A DNA stretch of 64,000 nt, taken from a virus (Duplodnaviria; Heunggongvirae; Uroviricota; Caudoviricetes). Shown here piece after piece: positions 39,502 to 48,358 of the stretch (position 1 is its first letter; every line of letters begins with the position of its first letter). The translations under genes were made by a program, and so were the position numbers. Where the stretch lies: positions 360,530 through 424,529 of the IMG/VR virus record IMGVR_UViG_3300017565_000001; one strand, written 5' to 3'. The notes beneath the pieces were generated by a model that worked only from the letters and a program-made list of their open reading frames with translations, searched no databases and had not been told where the DNA came from.

Positions 39502-39841
39502 CCGATTCAACCATGTACGTGTGATTGCCAATCCATTGTTGATCCAACAACATGGCCATCATGATCCAGTTAACATCACGACAACACACCGTAGCAATAT
39601 GAGTGTGTTGTCCACGAATGGCAGTATCACCGAACGACAGAGTGAAATCACCATCCAGATGCTCCTGCAGAAACTCGTTCAACAAAAGTCGACGGTCGTC
39701 AAATAGTCGCATAGCCGTCAAGTAACCCTGTTGATTTTCACGAGTGGTTACCATGATGATGGTAGCCTTGTGCGGATAACGACCTTGATTTCTGGGGTCA
39801 TTGGGTGGAATCTTGGCGTTCTGGACTTCGATGTATGCCAT
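39494..39841 (-). CDS. Hypothetical protein (small-paralogue family)
   Basis: Coupled start (TAATG); VCCRDVNWIMMAMLL. Confidence 0.6.
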   Translation of the reverse strand: MAYIEVQNAKIPPNDPRNQGRYPHKATIIMVTTRENQQGYLTAMRLFDDRRLLLNEFLQEHLDGDFTLSFGDTAIRGQHTHIATVCCRDVNWIMMAMLLDQQWIGNHTYMVESVR

Positions 39842-40134
39842 TACTCAACTCCCTCAGCAGCAAACCACTCATCGATGGTGTAGATGTTTGGACCGTAGAA
39901 GACCCCGTTTTCAAAGAAGTCGGACGGCGAAAAGGTTTGGCCAGCGAACGTAACCTCACGTTCAAACTGCGAACGTTTGATGAGATCCTCGAAATCAACA
40001 AGGGCCGCCTCCGAGGATTCGTATTTGAACGGAATGGTTTCTCCGCAAGAATACGTGCAGCCATCACCAACCGTGAAACACATCACCAAACGTTCCATGA
40101 CTTTCTCCGTTATTGATTGCGCCAAATGATACAC
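39841..40134 (-). CDS. Hypothetical protein
   Basis: Tightly packed in the minus-strand operon; start may be ~40098 (MERLV). Confidence 0.6.
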   Translation of the reverse strand: MYHLAQSITEKVMERLVMCFTVGDGCTYSCGETIPFKYESSEAALVDFEDLIKRSQFEREVTFAGQTFSPSDFFENGVFYGPNIYTIDEWFAAEGVE

Positions 40135-40149
40135 GATTGGCGCAAAGAA

Positions 40150-40422
40150 TCAACGCGCAGCAGGTTTGTCTTCCTCAAGCGCCTTCCACTTCATTGCAGG
40201 GCGACAACGTTCGATTACGCCCTGGTCATTAACTTTGGGCAACCAAGTATTCCCAGCCAGATACAACACTTGACCATACGGATTGCAACGTTCGGCCATA
40301 GTGGAAGTGACAGCCTTGATAACCTTACCGGAATCAGTGATGAACATGGGTTCATCCACGGGGGCACTACGGTCGGTACATCCGACCAACAGTACGACAA
40401 ACAATGCGGCGATATATTTCAT
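40150..40422 (-). CDS. Putative lipoprotein
   Basis: MKYIAALFVVLLVG-C lipobox signal; AAGGA RBS. Confidence 0.7.
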   Translation of the reverse strand: MKYIAALFVVLLVGCTDRSAPVDEPMFITDSGKVIKAVTSTMAERCNPYGQVLYLAGNTWLPKVNDQGVIERCRPAMKWKALEEDKPAAR

Positions 40423-40435
40423 GGTCGAGTTGTCC

Positions 40436-40954
40436 TTAGAATTTGATGTTATGCATCTTGGCAATAGCAAGCATCGCCTCAGCGTTACCCTTGGCGTCGT
40501 CCAGAGCGTCATGGGTGTGCTTGGTGATCTTCAGATGCTTCCACTTAGATGCGGCGCGCCAATCCTTCTTGAGACCCGCATAGAAGTCCCCAATGCGACG
40601 TGAGCTGAACCCGAATGGATTCTCGCCCAAATATCGGTGGCAGTAATAGTTCACGAACTGCCAATCAAAGCCGTTGTTATCAGACACGAAAACGGCATTA
40701 CCTTCGTTTGTGGCGTTGATGAAGGTCAACAGGTCTTTCATGACTTGAAGCGGATCTTCATAAGTCATTGTTTCATCACGGGTCAATCCGATCGCTTTCA
40801 GGGCTCCTGGATCGTACTGGTCAGTGACGGGTTTCAGGGTGCGAACGAAAGTCGTATCCAGTGCGTCGTCCACTTTGACAATGCCGATTTGCACCATACT
40901 GAATAGTCCGGGACAAGGGCCGTCAGCCTCAACGTCAACCACATAAATGCTCAT
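40436..40954 (-). CDS. DEDDh 3'-5' exonuclease
   Basis: VVDVEADG, NNGFD, HDALDDA; AAGGAG RBS. Confidence 0.85.
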   Translation of the reverse strand: MSIYVVDVEADGPCPGLFSMVQIGIVKVDDALDTTFVRTLKPVTDQYDPGALKAIGLTRDETMTYEDPLQVMKDLLTFINATNEGNAVFVSDNNGFDWQFVNYYCHRYLGENPFGFSSRRIGDFYAGLKKDWRAASKWKHLKITKHTHDALDDAKGNAEAMLAIAKMHNIKF

Positions 40955-40985
40955 TTGTTTGTTCTCCTTATATGATGGCGCCATT

Positions 40986-41381
40986 TTATGGTGAAATCAT
41001 TTTGGGATCAAGTGAATGTTCACCCACACCTTCAATGAAACGAAGCTGTGATATCATCCAATTCAGATCATGGAGACGCAGATACATGGCGATGTCCTGA
41101 TAATCACCATTGAAATAGATGACGAGGACTAGATCCTTTACCAAAACCATAGAATCCACAAAATTCTCAAGTTTGGGTCCGTGTTCTTCTACGAATGCCC
41201 GATACTCTTCATGGCATTCGTTTGGGCGGCCATTCACGAATTCTCTTAAAACTGGACTGAACAGAAGTCGATATCGGAATTCTGGTTGGGGCCAATATGA
41301 TAGCGAACCACCGATCCGATCGTCACCGTAGATGACTTGATCGTGCCATGGTTCCGTTGGATTGAAATGTGTTTTTGGCAA
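40986..41381 (-). CDS. Hypothetical protein (small-paralogue family)
   Basis: GGAGG + TTG start; IYFNGDYQDIAMYLRL. Confidence 0.6.
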   Translation of the reverse strand: MPKTHFNPTEPWHDQVIYGDDRIGGSLSYWPQPEFRYRLLFSPVLREFVNGRPNECHEEYRAFVEEHGPKLENFVDSMVLVKDLVLVIYFNGDYQDIAMYLRLHDLNWMISQLRFIEGVGEHSLDPKMISP

Positions 41382-41426
41382 ATGGACCTCCGTAGAGGTC
41401 CATTTTATGGCGTCAATTACCGGGAA

Positions 41427-41822
41427 TCAACAGGATTGGCGATATTCAGTAGCCAGAATCATAGAAACTAACCACTCCCGTTCCATCAACCTGGCTATAA
41501 CCATCCAGGAATCATCATGAACATAAAGTTCCAATGATCCACTATGGGGGTCCTGATACAACTCCAGACTGTCAGAATCCAAGTTTAGATCTTGTATACC
41601 CTGTATGATCCGATTACGGATGATAGAGGTAGTAGCTCGTTTCTGAGCTATGCAGAAGATCACTCGTTGCGGGAAGTTACAATTCTTCCAGGGTCTAACG
41701 CTTTCATCCCAGTGTTTTCCAGGGACCAAGGGGTCATCCACGGGAAGTTTGCTGGGATGAAGCACGGTGATTTTACGGTTCACCGTGTTTTCAAAGAATG
41801 TCGCCAATGAGCTATTGTTCAT
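41427..41822 (-). CDS. Hypothetical protein (small-paralogue family)
   Basis: Coupled to neck-gene stop; LYVHDDSWMVIARL. Confidence 0.6.
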   Translation of the reverse strand: MNNSSLATFFENTVNRKITVLHPSKLPVDDPLVPGKHWDESVRPWKNCNFPQRVIFCIAQKRATTSIIRNRIIQGIQDLNLDSDSLELYQDPHSGSLELYVHDDSWMVIARLMEREWLVSMILATEYRQSC

Positions 41823-42586
41823 TATCCAATGACGAAGCTGTATCCGTAATTGCCATCGATCTGCGTTGCAACTTCACGCTCTAGACGCTCTAGCTCAGCG
41901 AGACCCTCTGACTTCATGGCGTCCCCGTTGAGTGTTGCACCGCCCTGTGGCCCTGCAATCTGACTGAACTTGCTACGAGCTTCACCAATGATGATCTTTG
42001 CTTGAGCAATCGAATAGTCACGAATCCATGGCCTTGAATATACGTCAGTGATGATAAGTTCTTCAGGCTTTTGATTGTAGGCCCACAGTAACAAAGTTTC
42101 AGTGGTTCCGAATTTGCGATGCAACTGAAGACGATGACGTGAAGCTTCCCATGTGAAGATAATCTCACGGCCGAACATACGACCAGCAAGCTCCTGGTAC
42201 TGCATGGCGAGGTCATACGTTGCGAGTGATCCCGAAGCACCAGCTTGTTGGCTCTGGTTGGGGTTGCTCAACATGTACAGGTTGTTGGTGTAGGCCAGGT
42301 TGAAGGGGTCAATCTGCGCTCCCGTACCAGCATTTGAGCCAATGCCACGACGATACACTTGACGCACCAACTGAACTTCTGGTGGCAGCGTGTAAACGTC
42401 TTGATCTCTTTGAGTATCCAGGAAAATGAAGCTTTCTTCCATTGCATTGCTGGCCCTCTGACGATAACGGTCGATAGCCATGGTTACAGCCAGGTCGTAA
42501 TGCTCTGGGTCTGCTTCCAAGTCAATGATACCAGCACCCAGACGGAGCTGAACTTCTTTAACGAGTTTCTGTCTTGCGGTAGTCAC
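41822..42586 (-). CDS. Neck protein, gp13-like
   Basis: GGAGG + GTG at 42586; LRLGAGIIDLE...WIRDYSIAQAK...KFSQIAGPQGGATLNG. Confidence 0.88.
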   Translation of the reverse strand: MTTARQKLVKEVQLRLGAGIIDLEADPEHYDLAVTMAIDRYRQRASNAMEESFIFLDTQRDQDVYTLPPEVQLVRQVYRRGIGSNAGTGAQIDPFNLAYTNNLYMLSNPNQSQQAGASGSLATYDLAMQYQELAGRMFGREIIFTWEASRHRLQLHRKFGTTETLLLWAYNQKPEELIITDVYSRPWIRDYSIAQAKIIIGEARSKFSQIAGPQGGATLNGDAMKSEGLAELERLEREVATQIDGNYGYSFVIG

Positions 42587-42671
42587 AGAAAACCTCCAAT
42601 TGAATTTGTACCAGATATTTACCCCTAGGTGAAACCATTTATCAATAAATATTTGATTAATTGGGGAAGTC

Positions 42672-43439
42672 ATGAACATTAATCAAAAGCTACTATTCAA
42701 CCAAGGGAAGAAGGCCTCGGGTCCAGTAATTCCTGGCGATACAGGATTGGGGCCCACAACACTCGTGGGGTCATACCAAAATCCCAATGATCCACAGAAG
42801 TTCGCCGGTTACTACGGGACGATAACAGCCACCAACTTCTTTACTGGAACCCAAGTGGCGAGTGGTATTGGTCTTAGTGGAGGAACTGCTATAAACGACA
42901 CTACGATCTGGATGAAGTTTATTCTGGATGGTAAAATCATACTGATCCCACAGAAACCGATTAGATATGGCTCCTTTTGGAATAACCTATACGCGGTTGG
43001 TGCCGTATACGGTGATGGAACGACTGGCACATTCCCAGCCACCACCCCTGTGATTCAATCAGCAGTTGTATCAAGGTCTGGATATTCATACCGAGTACGA
43101 TTGATACACGGATACAATAGCGATCCAGCTGCTCAAACCACCGCTGCTGATGCTCCAGTGACTTTTGGTTCTGAATGGAATCGCCTCCTATACAACGTTT
43201 GTTCATCAGTAACTCCCAGCAGTCAACAGGGTACCAAATGGGCATCATTTACTAATGCTGATATGGGCTTTAACGGTAGTACGGGGAGCATAAGCATCGT
43301 TCAGGAAACAACCAGTAGCACCAACAACAGTATAGGTTTGCTGCGAGGATTCAACGGTGTTGATGGTTGCACGTATGGCAGCAAATCTAATATCAATAAT
43401 AATGGCGGGTGGCGCCCAGCCCTAGAACTAATCATCTGA
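42672..43439 (+). CDS. Virion structural/adhesin-like protein, paralogue of 33052
   Basis: GPTTLVG...AGYYG...WMKF...GSEWNRLLY...GWRPALEL; late promoter 42645-51. Confidence 0.65.
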   Translation: MNINQKLLFNQGKKASGPVIPGDTGLGPTTLVGSYQNPNDPQKFAGYYGTITATNFFTGTQVASGIGLSGGTAINDTTIWMKFILDGKIILIPQKPIRYGSFWNNLYAVGAVYGDGTTGTFPATTPVIQSAVVSRSGYSYRVRLIHGYNSDPAAQTTAADAPVTFGSEWNRLLYNVCSSVTPSSQQGTKWASFTNADMGFNGSTGSISIVQETTSSTNNSIGLLRGFNGVDGCTYGSKSNINNNGGWRPALELII

Positions 43440-43454
43440 TCTTATGGGGAAATC

Positions 43455-44264
43455 ATGAACATATCAGACCAAATACTACTGACTGGTGGAAAATTCATTC
43501 AGAAGTATACCGCAACAGCAAATAAAACTTCTATGGTTTGGGGTGACACGATCGCTTTTACCATAACTCCCAGCCCAGTCCTGAAGGCTAACAAACAGAT
43601 ATTCTGGAAATTGATTGGTAATACTACGATCACTAGTTCAATGGTGAGAAGTGGTGGCATTCAGGGCTCACCCACGATGGTGGCGAATACTCCCCTGACT
43701 GTAACCCTTGTGACTGATGTGGTGAAAACATCAGGCTTGCAGATAAGACTTGTTATGGCAGAAACATCAGCCGATTTGACAGCAGGAACGTATAAGGCAT
43801 CCAGTCCTCTGGTTAATATGACAATTAGTCCAACTTCATCAGCTACTCTGTCAACAGTTGGCTCCAGTACATGGACGGTCCCAACAAACGTTTACAAGAT
43901 CACGGCTACGATCGATGCTGCGGGTGGTGGAGCAGGTGGTCCTTACTTTTTCTATGGATCAACGGGTGGTCCTGGTGGTAATGGTGGCAGAATCACATAC
44001 ACGGTCTATACGACTCCTGGAACTCAATACGGATATACGGTTGGTTCAGGTGGACAAGGCGGTGGTGATGCATTGAATGGTTCTAGTGGTACGAATTCAG
44101 TATTCAACAATAATACCGCCATAGCAGGAGGTGGTGGCTTTTCCAGTTCAGTAAGAGGTGGATTAGGAGCTAGTGGTACTAATGGTGGTAATGGCTTGGG
44201 TAGTCCTGGTGGTCAGACAAGTGGTGCTACTGGTACCAATGGTAAGATCGTTATTAACTGGTAA
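43455..44264 (+). CDS. Glycine-rich adhesin-like tail-fibre protein
   Basis: WTVPTNVYKI...AAGGGAGG...GGNGG...VGSGGQGG; ends GKIVINW, a polyglycine-rich domain typical of fibre-tip adhesins. Confidence 0.7.
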   Translation: MNISDQILLTGGKFIQKYTATANKTSMVWGDTIAFTITPSPVLKANKQIFWKLIGNTTITSSMVRSGGIQGSPTMVANTPLTVTLVTDVVKTSGLQIRLVMAETSADLTAGTYKASSPLVNMTISPTSSATLSTVGSSTWTVPTNVYKITATIDAAGGGAGGPYFFYGSTGGPGGNGGRITYTVYTTPGTQYGYTVGSGGQGGGDALNGSSGTNSVFNNNTAIAGGGGFSSSVRGGLGASGTNGGNGLGSPGGQTSGATGTNGKIVINW

Positions 44265-44278
44265 TCACTAAGGTGGTT

Positions 44279-44471
44279 TCTTGTCATGATTCATGGATCA
44301 TACCACAACCAATAAGCGACTATGTGTGATGTCGTAGAACTCCAGGTAGACATATGGGAATTGGTCCATGGTTCACGAATAATATCAATGGGATTTCATG
44401 GACCACTTCTTGATGAATTCATGACGAAGATATCAAACAGACCTTTTGACTGTGGGCAATCTCCAGGTAGA
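44279..44471 (+). repeat. Two tandem copies of the box-hairpin-box element (44279-44351, 44408-44471)
   Basis: AGAACTCCAGGTAGAC identical to 34091-34106; second CTCCAGGTAGA at 44461; TCTTGATGAATTC at 44408. Confidence 0.6.
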
Positions 44472-44557
44472 TAATCGCAGATTTGATATCAACATCAAGT
44501 AATCAGTTCATTTAACCAGTCTCACCTCTCACTAAATATTCATATGAGAGGTGACTT

Positions 44558-45625
44558 ATGCCCAAACTTTCAATCTGGAATAGTGGCCGCAAGGGAAACG
44601 ATTATCGTTTCATTGATGGCACAATTGCTGAGTATTTCAGCATAGGTGGAACAGCCGCCTACATTCACAAATATCTGGGAACCTACGACGCTGACGGTAA
44701 TCCCACGATCGATCAAATGTCCATCCAGGATATGTTGTTTCTGGAAAACCGAGACCGAGTCTACGACAAGGATGCACTGGAGCTTCGTGGTATCTACAAC
44801 GTGCAGGATTCAGAATTTGACCTGCGTCAATTTGGCATCTTCCTGAATAACGATGACATTTTCGTGGAATTCCACCTGAATGGCATGATAGAGATTCTGG
44901 GAAGAAAGCTCATGAGTGGCGACGTTCTGGAGTTTCCTCATCAGCGCGAAGATGCATTTTTGGACGAAAACAAACCAGCCGCCAACAAATACTACGTGGT
45001 GACGGATGCCAATCGCGCATCCGATGGTTATTCGCAGACCTGGTATCCCCATATCTGGCGTGTCAAATGCACGCCATTGACCGATGCACAGGAATACCGT
45101 GACATTTTGGACAAAGCTCCCGAGGACCCATTTGGTCTCCTGGTTAGCGATCCTGGCTTTGGTAATGTTCGTGACATCATGAGTAGTATCGCTCGTGAAC
45201 ATGGTATCAATCAAGCCGTTATTGACGAAGCCAAGATCTACGTCCCCAAGAGAAACTTCGAGACGCAGCAATTCTACATCGTCCCGGGTTCGGATAAAGA
45301 GGGCGAGTATCCCTGGGTGTTTTCTGGTGATGGCGTTCCACCTAACGGTGCAGAACTGGTTGGTAGCGGAAACAGTTTCCCATTGGACCCACAGCAGGGT
45401 GATTATTACCTGCGACTGGATTATGAACCACATGTGTTGTTTCAACGTGAAGGTTCCAGATGGCGCCGAGTTGAAATCGATTATCGCAAGGAAGATTGGA
45501 GTATGGCCCATCGCTTGATGGAGACCTTCATTAATAACAAGAACACCACAACGTTTGACGACGGTGAAACCGCACCCGAAAAACAAGCGTTGAGCAAGGC
45601 CGTGAAGCCACGTGCCGATTTTTAA
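44558..45625 (+). CDS. Neck/head-closure protein, gp14-like
   Basis: IQDMLFLENRDRVYD, FDLRQFG, LGRKLMSGDVLEFPH; late promoter 44532-38. Confidence 0.75.
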   Translation: MPKLSIWNSGRKGNDYRFIDGTIAEYFSIGGTAAYIHKYLGTYDADGNPTIDQMSIQDMLFLENRDRVYDKDALELRGIYNVQDSEFDLRQFGIFLNNDDIFVEFHLNGMIEILGRKLMSGDVLEFPHQREDAFLDENKPAANKYYVVTDANRASDGYSQTWYPHIWRVKCTPLTDAQEYRDILDKAPEDPFGLLVSDPGFGNVRDIMSSIAREHGINQAVIDEAKIYVPKRNFETQQFYIVPGSDKEGEYPWVFSGDGVPPNGAELVGSGNSFPLDPQQGDYYLRLDYEPHVLFQREGSRWRRVEIDYRKEDWSMAHRLMETFINNKNTTTFDDGETAPEKQALSKAVKPRADF

Positions 45626-45636
45626 GGAGAGCACAC

Positions 45637-46116
45637 ATGAAAACAGGAAAAGGCGGCAAGGACCTCATTAAGTTCTACGAGGGTCTTCCAAAACAAAACA
45701 AGGCGGGCAAGTATCCACCATATATTTGCCCGGCTGGCTATCCAACCCTGGGTTACGGTAGCCGATACAAGATGAATGGCAAAGAAGTGACGATGAAGGA
45801 CAATGCTGTCACATTGACTGAGGCTGAAGAACTCTTGGATTATTCCCTGGGTACATATGAAGCTGTGGTTAATAGTCTGGTTACGGTACCACTCACCCAG
45901 AACCAGTATGATGCCCTGGTAAGCTTCGTATACAACCTGGGAGCAGCTAATTTCAAGAGTTCGACACTGTTGCGCAAGTTGAACGCTGGAGACTACCAGG
46001 GGGCCGCAGAACAGTTCCTGGTATGGAATAAGGCACGAGTAAATGGTTCCTTGGTTGCACTGCCTGGCTTGACCAAGCGTCGCACAGCTGAACGTGAACT
46101 GTTTTTGAAGAACTGA
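45637..46116 (+). CDS. Endolysin, GH24 lysozyme
   Basis: IKFYEG...CPAGYPTLGYG, LTQNQYDALVSFVYNLG, GLTKRRTAE. Confidence 0.92.
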   Translation: MKTGKGGKDLIKFYEGLPKQNKAGKYPPYICPAGYPTLGYGSRYKMNGKEVTMKDNAVTLTEAEELLDYSLGTYEAVVNSLVTVPLTQNQYDALVSFVYNLGAANFKSSTLLRKLNAGDYQGAAEQFLVWNKARVNGSLVALPGLTKRRTAERELFLKN

Positions 46117-46125
46117 GGATAAGCA

Positions 46126-46158
46126 ATGGCATTCGATTATTTCTACGACGCGCCATAA
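46126..46158 (+). pseudogene. Orphan 5' fragment of the gp15-like gene (MAFDYFYDAP*)
   Basis: GAGGA RBS; peptide matches the N-terminus MSGYDYFYDG of 46891. Confidence 0.7.
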
Positions 46159-46189
46159 ATAGAAGGGGCATCAATGCCCCTTCTTTCAT

Positions 46190-46894
46190 ATGAATTATTT
46201 CAAAATCTACCAAAATCTAGTAATTAAAGCCCAATCTAGAAATAGTCTGTCGGGTTATGTAGAAATTCACCACATTATCCCAAGATCTATGGGTGGTTCC
46301 GATATTGATTCGAATTTGGTCAAAATGACTGCTAGGGAACATTTTGTCGCTCATTTATTACTCGCCAAAATGTATGGTGGCCCAATGCTAACAGCCCTTT
46401 GGTATATGACAAACAAATCCAAAGGCAGTCTTGGTAGTAGAACCTATTCTTGGTTGAAAGAAGAAAACGCGGAAAGAATGTCCATCATTCTTTCCGGAAA
46501 AACCAAAAGCCCTGAACACCTGGCGAAAATATCCGAGTCCCTAAAAGTAAGCGAGCGGGCCAGGGAACAACGTGAGGCTAATCATGAGGCGATGCGTGGT
46601 AAAAGCAATTCTCATAAGGGCCAGCAACAAAATCCCGAATGGATTGAAAAGCGAGTTTCAAAGTTAAAAGGCCAATCTAGATCCGATGAGACAAAGGAAA
46701 AAATGGGTGCTTGGATTAGAACCACAGAAACCAAAGACAAAATACGCAAATCTCGGATTGGTAAATCATCTGGAATGAAGGGAAAACGGCACGACTCTGA
46801 AACATTGCAGAAGATGAGTGATGCCGCAAAGGGAAAACCATGGAGTGAAGCTCGTAGAGCAGCTTACCTCAACAAAAGGAATGAAATAAAATGA
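46190..46894 (+). mobile_element. Free-standing HNH homing endonuclease with NUMOD3-type DNA-binding repeats
   Basis: EIHHIIPRSMGG...NLVKMTAREHFVAH; C-terminal KSPEHLAKIS, RSDETKEKM, HDSETLQKMS repeats. Confidence 0.88.
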
Positions 46895-48294
46895 GTGGAT
46901 ACGACTACTTCTACGATGGACAAGTGCGCCGATTTCTAACCCAAGTCGTTCGAGCATTCTCGGGCTTTCAATATGAGGTGGCTGGTAGAGATGGATCGGG
47001 GCCTGAGCTTAGGGTAGTGCCCTGCCGTATGGCGACACAGAACCGCCAGGTAGGGCACATTCTCAAGAACAATAGTGAGAACTCACTATTGAGTGTCCCT
47101 ATGATTACTGTATTCATTCGAGAAGCCAACATCAATCGTGGTCGAACACAAGCTCCTGGCTTGACGTCATCCGTCCATGTAAATGAACGTGCCATTGATG
47201 AGGCTACGGGTGAATACACAAGCGAAAGCGGTCGCCGTTATACGGTTGAACGTATGATGCCACATCCCCTAGATGTAACCCTTCAGGTTGATGTCTGGAC
47301 CAGCAATGAGCATCAGAAGCATCAACTGTTTGAGCAAATCTACATGGCATTCAACGTGGGATTTTCCATTCAGAACTCTGACAATCCCGTTGACTGGTCG
47401 GCTATGACTGACATGATGTTGGCTGATATGACGTGGTCCTCTAGAACTGTTCCTATTGGCACCAATGATGAAATTGACGTCATGACCTTTGTGTTTGAAA
47501 TGCCAGTTTGGATTTCCCCACCAGCTAAGGTTCGTCAACAGCGCCTTATCCATCAAATCGTTACGAACATTGTGGATGGTGGTGCAGTGGACGAAGACCG
47601 GGATTATCCCGAAGGGCCACAACGTGGCAGACTGGCCGACGGACCATTGCTCACACGCAAGATCGTCACTCCCGACAACGCTCAAATCAGAATCTCTGGT
47701 GACAGCATCACTCTGCTGGGTTCTGATGGTTCCGAGTTCAAGCCTGATGGTTCCGTATATGTGTGGAAAGATCTGTTGGATCAATACGGCAATATGCAAC
47801 CGGCGGTAAGTCAATTGAGGCTCAGAAATAACATTGAACAGGATTTGTCCCTGGATATCGTTGGTGAAATCCAGTATACGAATGCTCCTAATGTTCTATC
47901 TTGGCACATTGATCTGGATACCGTTCCATCAAATACCCTGCAACCAATCAAGGCTATTATTGATCCGTTGAAGAACCACCCAGGTAATCTGCCTGAAGCT
48001 CCCGCGGAAGGTCACCGGTATTTGATCATCAAGGACATGGGCGGCAGTGAAGCTTGGGGCATTCCTCCGGTTACGTTGACGCAGCCATCCAAACCAGCCC
48101 CCGCTTTTGCTAGAGCTGGTGATATCATTGAATACCGCAATGGTGCATGGATTGTTGCATTTGCTTCAAACGACACAACGGAGATTCAGTATGTTGTGAA
48201 CATGAAGACTGGCAAGCAATTGAAATTCGATGGTGAATGGATCATGAGCATTGACGGTGAGTATATGCCTGGGGAGTGGAGACTTTCCCTATAA
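46891..48294 (+). CDS. Tail terminator/sheath stabiliser, gp15-like, with C-terminal extension
   Basis: YFYDGQVRRFL, YTVERMMPHP, QKHQLFEQI, PVWISPPAKV. Confidence 0.85.
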   Translation: MSGYDYFYDGQVRRFLTQVVRAFSGFQYEVAGRDGSGPELRVVPCRMATQNRQVGHILKNNSENSLLSVPMITVFIREANINRGRTQAPGLTSSVHVNERAIDEATGEYTSESGRRYTVERMMPHPLDVTLQVDVWTSNEHQKHQLFEQIYMAFNVGFSIQNSDNPVDWSAMTDMMLADMTWSSRTVPIGTNDEIDVMTFVFEMPVWISPPAKVRQQRLIHQIVTNIVDGGAVDEDRDYPEGPQRGRLADGPLLTRKIVTPDNAQIRISGDSITLLGSDGSEFKPDGSVYVWKDLLDQYGNMQPAVSQLRLRNNIEQDLSLDIVGEIQYTNAPNVLSWHIDLDTVPSNTLQPIKAIIDPLKNHPGNLPEAPAEGHRYLIIKDMGGSEAWGIPPVTLTQPSKPAPAFARAGDIIEYRNGAWIVAFASNDTTEIQYVVNMKTGKQLKFDGEWIMSIDGEYMPGEWRLSL

Positions 48295-48299
48295 TTCAC

Positions 48300-48328
48300 T
48301 TGAGTTCCACCAAATGAAGTAGTACACT
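48300..48328 (+). promoter_or_regulatory. Sigma70-type promoter
   Basis: TTGAGT-N17-TACACT, followed by a 12-bp leader hairpin. Confidence 0.55.
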
Positions 48329-48358
48329 GATGGCTTGTAAACACTACAGGCCATCATC

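Noticed and set aside
46126-46920. Group I intron interpretation of the HNH insertion
   Set aside because: Only ~30 nt of non-coding sequence flank the ORF, too little for a ribozyme core, and the downstream gene has its own start.
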